Shown one piece after another: positions 28,936 through 31,016 of a stretch of 31,016 nt of DNA. The notes below the pieces were generated by a model, which saw only the letters and a program-made list of their open reading frames with translations, had not been told where the DNA came from and searched no databases. The stretch comes from an uncultured Rhodospirillaceae bacterium (GTDB lineage Bacteria > Pseudomonadota > Alphaproteobacteria > RF32 > CAG-239): assembly GCA_900320035.1 (NCBI GenBank), contig ONQU01000121.1, forward strand, positions 1 to 31,016. Direction: 5' to 3'. Within the stretch, counting starts at the first letter, position 1. Each line of letters opens with the position of its first letter. The position numbers and the translations under genes were made by a program.

Positions 28936-28995
28936 CCGAACGCAGTTCGGCAACGGAGCAAATAAAAAGAATATTAACAATAAAATTTCAAAGAT

Positions 28996-31016
28996 ATGGC
29001 AAACGTAAAGAGTTTAGCAGCCCGCATCATCATGATGGTGCTCTGCACAGTTATGGGTTTCACCACTCTGACCTCTTGTAACGAGGGTGGCAAATACGAT
29101 ATGGCTCCAGCGAGTGAACCTGTTGTTCGTGATGGATACTCTTTTAAGAGCTATCAGACCACTGACGGTGCTCAAGTAGATGGTACATGGTCTCAGACCA
29201 CTGACGGCATTGTCACCGACAGTGCTAAGGCTTCGGCCACCATCCAGGCAGCCGTTAAGCTGCAGGAGGCTGAGATTGAGATCAATAGCACGTTGAAAAA
29301 TAACAATGTGTGGTCATTTGATTCAATTTCACAACCTACAGCCACGGTAGACGGCTATCGCTGGACAGGCTATATGAGCAAGAACGACGGCCAGAAGGCT
29401 ATCTTCTCGTTCAACAGCCGCACGGCAGGTCTGCGTAACTTGGTTATAGGCCTTGAGCCTGTGGCAGTGCGTTCCACTGGAACGACCAACACCGCCACTC
29501 AAGTTCACAGTGGTGAGCGTGAGCGCATGCTGACTATAGAGGATTTCATGGCAACTGTCCGCGAGACAGGTACCGGCCGTAGCAATACGGTTGAAATTCC
29601 CTTGCAGGCCAGCTATCTCAGGTACATTCCGGAGAATGCTCCTGTCGTTGTGGACAGCATCATCGTATGGAAGGATGGCGAAGAAATTCGCTCATTCTAT
29701 AAGGTATTAGCCACCACCGAGCAGGCTAAGGTTCAGATTGTTTACATTCTGAGCGATAACAGTCGCGTCGACGGACCGGCTTACTCTATCGAAGTACCCC
29801 GTCAGCTTTGGGGTTCCGAAGACAAGATGTACGTTTCTACTTTTGAGCAGAACATTGGCACTTCTTTCAGCGGCCAGTCGGTCGTTGAAGAGGCAAAGAG
29901 CGATGAGTATTCCAATGAAAACTTCACAGTTTCTTACGAGACCACGAAGCGCTCTTGGGAGCACACTCAGCTTGATGTCAACGGCAACAAGGCTGTAACA
30001 GCCCTGTTTGGTAAGCTGCCACACATCATCTTCAATCATGGCGCATTAAGCCATGACTTCGGTAAGCTTCCTCTTGACGTAGTGAATACGTCAGTTGAAG
30101 TTGTTGATGAAAACTCCGTCGTTGAGGATGGCAATAGCTATGAGGTTAAGCAGCTGCGCAATACCATCAGCACCAACTACGGTGTTGATTCAACAGGTAT
30201 TGTTGCTCAGCAGGTCATTTCAACAGTTGACCTTCTGAAGCTGCAAGAGGTTGTAAAGCTGGACACCATCACAGTGGTGATGTCACAGAACTGGCTTCCC
30301 AGCCAGGGCACCTTTACTTGGAAGTTGACGGAGCATTACTCCAACAACACCACCAAGGACACCACCATCGTTTGGTCAAGCGCTCGTTCAATCGAGGCCA
30401 ACCATTTCGAGAAGGAAGATGTCAAGAAGGCCCTGAGTGAGGGTTCGGTGAAGACCGAGGTTGCTCATAGCGACGTCAAGAGCGTTGTTAATCCTTCATA
30501 TACCATCCGCTACAAGGTGGCAACCGCCACTTACAGCTGGGTGAACACCTTCGTTAAGGAAAACGCTACTTCTGTCGTTACCTCTTCTCTTCCCGAGAAT
30601 GTTACGCTGAAGTACAAGGGCTACACTTTTGTTCAGCCCGCTGTTGAGGTTAGCTACACTCGCGAGAGCGGTTCGCTGACCGAATCCTATAACGACGGCT
30701 CAACCGTGGTTTACGACTACAAGTCGAATTTCACGGAGAGTGTTAAGGGTTATAGCAACTCAGCTGCCAAAGCGATTGCAACTGGTACGCTCACTGTAAA
30801 TGCCGCTGTTCCCACAGGTTGGGAGCTTCTCTCAAAGACTAATGAGTACTTTATGTTCAATCACACTGTTGGTGCCAAGTACAGAGTTAATTACTCTGAT
30901 GGATCCTATCAGGAGTTTGCATTTAGTGAAGTTATTAAGGGCGAGAGCGCTTCTACTTCTGTCGAGACGACAGAGGACGAGGTGAGCGAGCGCGTTGGTG
31001 CTCCTGCTGACTATAT
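28996..31016 (+). CDS. Large Bacteroidetes-type lipoprotein, 3'-partial (>=673 aa)
   Basis: Hand translation from ATG 28996 is stop-free to the right edge: MANVKSLAARIIMMVLCTVMGFTTLTS|CNEGG (lipobox LTSC), then a Ser/Thr/Val-rich beta-type body. There is no SD, and Lys codons are about 34 AAG to 3 AAA. Missing from the ORF track. Confidence 0.85.
   Translation, partial: MANVKSLAARIIMMVLCTVMGFTTLTSCNEGGKYDMAPASEPVVRDGYSFKSYQTTDGAQVDGTWSQTTDGIVTDSAKASATIQAAVKLQEAEIEINSTLKNNNVWSFDSISQPTATVDGYRWTGYMSKNDGQKAIFSFNSRTAGLRNLVIGLEPVAVRSTGTTNTATQVHSGERERMLTIEDFMATVRETGTGRSNTVEIPLQASYLRYIPENAPVVVDSIIVWKDGEEIRSFYKVLATTEQAKVQIVYILSDNSRVDGPAYSIEVPRQLWGSEDKMYVSTFEQNIGTSFSGQSVVEEAKSDEYSNENFTVSYETTKRSWEHTQLDVNGNKAVTALFGKLPHIIFNHGALSHDFGKLPLDVVNTSVEVVDENSVVEDGNSYEVKQLRNTISTNYGVDSTGIVAQQVISTVDLLKLQEVVKLDTITVVMSQNWLPSQGTFTWKLTEHYSNNTTKDTTIVWSSARSIEANHFEKEDVKKALSEGSVKTEVAHSDVKSVVNPSYTIRYKVATATYSWVNTFVKENATSVVTSSLPENVTLKYKGYTFVQPAVEVSYTRESGSLTESYNDGSTVVYDYKSNFTESVKGYSNSAAKAIATGTLTVNAAVPTGWELLSKTNEYFMFNHTVGAKYRVNYSDGSYQEFAFSEVIKGESASTSVETTEDEVSERVGAPADY

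Larger units (their letters stand above)
28440..28959 (+). ncRNA. Candidate large structured RNA / 5' leader (three stem-closed domains)
   Basis: No ORF. Closing stems 28441-62/28624-40, 28663-83/28795-817 and 28835-39/28955-59, each with nested hairpins (see findings). Family not recognised. Confidence 0.45.

Noticed and set aside
28570-28959. Group II intron (GTGCG at 28570)
   Set aside because: No domain V (AGC/CGC triad hairpin) or domain VI, and no reverse transcriptase remnant.
29707-30985. ORF-track calls 29707..30039(-) and 30800..30985(+)
   Set aside because: They are shadows of the uninterrupted plus-strand lipoprotein frame starting at 28996.

Overview
This is mostly core chromosome of a low-GC Alphaproteobacterium. 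The taxon is inferred from an alpha-type S18, an fzlA-like GST and the nuoN-birA-rnj gene order; a gut/rumen RF32-like lineage is a guess. Left to right: a >1110-aa autotransporter-like adhesin running off the left edge (absent from the ORF track); a minus-strand run flhG/minD-like, J-domain protein, tgt, LOG, ABC exporter, trxA; a plus-strand operon (SBP, fzlA, lipoprotein, membrane protein, SGNH hydrolase, two short chrA genes); an orphan, charge-depleted nuoL-nuoM-nuoN trio coupled to birA-rnj with nuoA-K missing; a divergent polysaccharide deacetylase, class II lysS and small secreted or metal-rich proteins; and rpsF-rpsR-rplI. An accessory region begins after rplI. There, two covarying copies of a 36-bp terminator-like hairpin bracket a promoter plus an unassigned ORF. 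A second promoter is followed by a ~520-nt, three-domain, heavily base-paired non-coding segment with REP-like insertions. It leads into a >673-aa lipoprotein gene with Bacteroidetes-like signal and foreign codon usage (also absent from the ORF track). All alignments and folds were done by eye.
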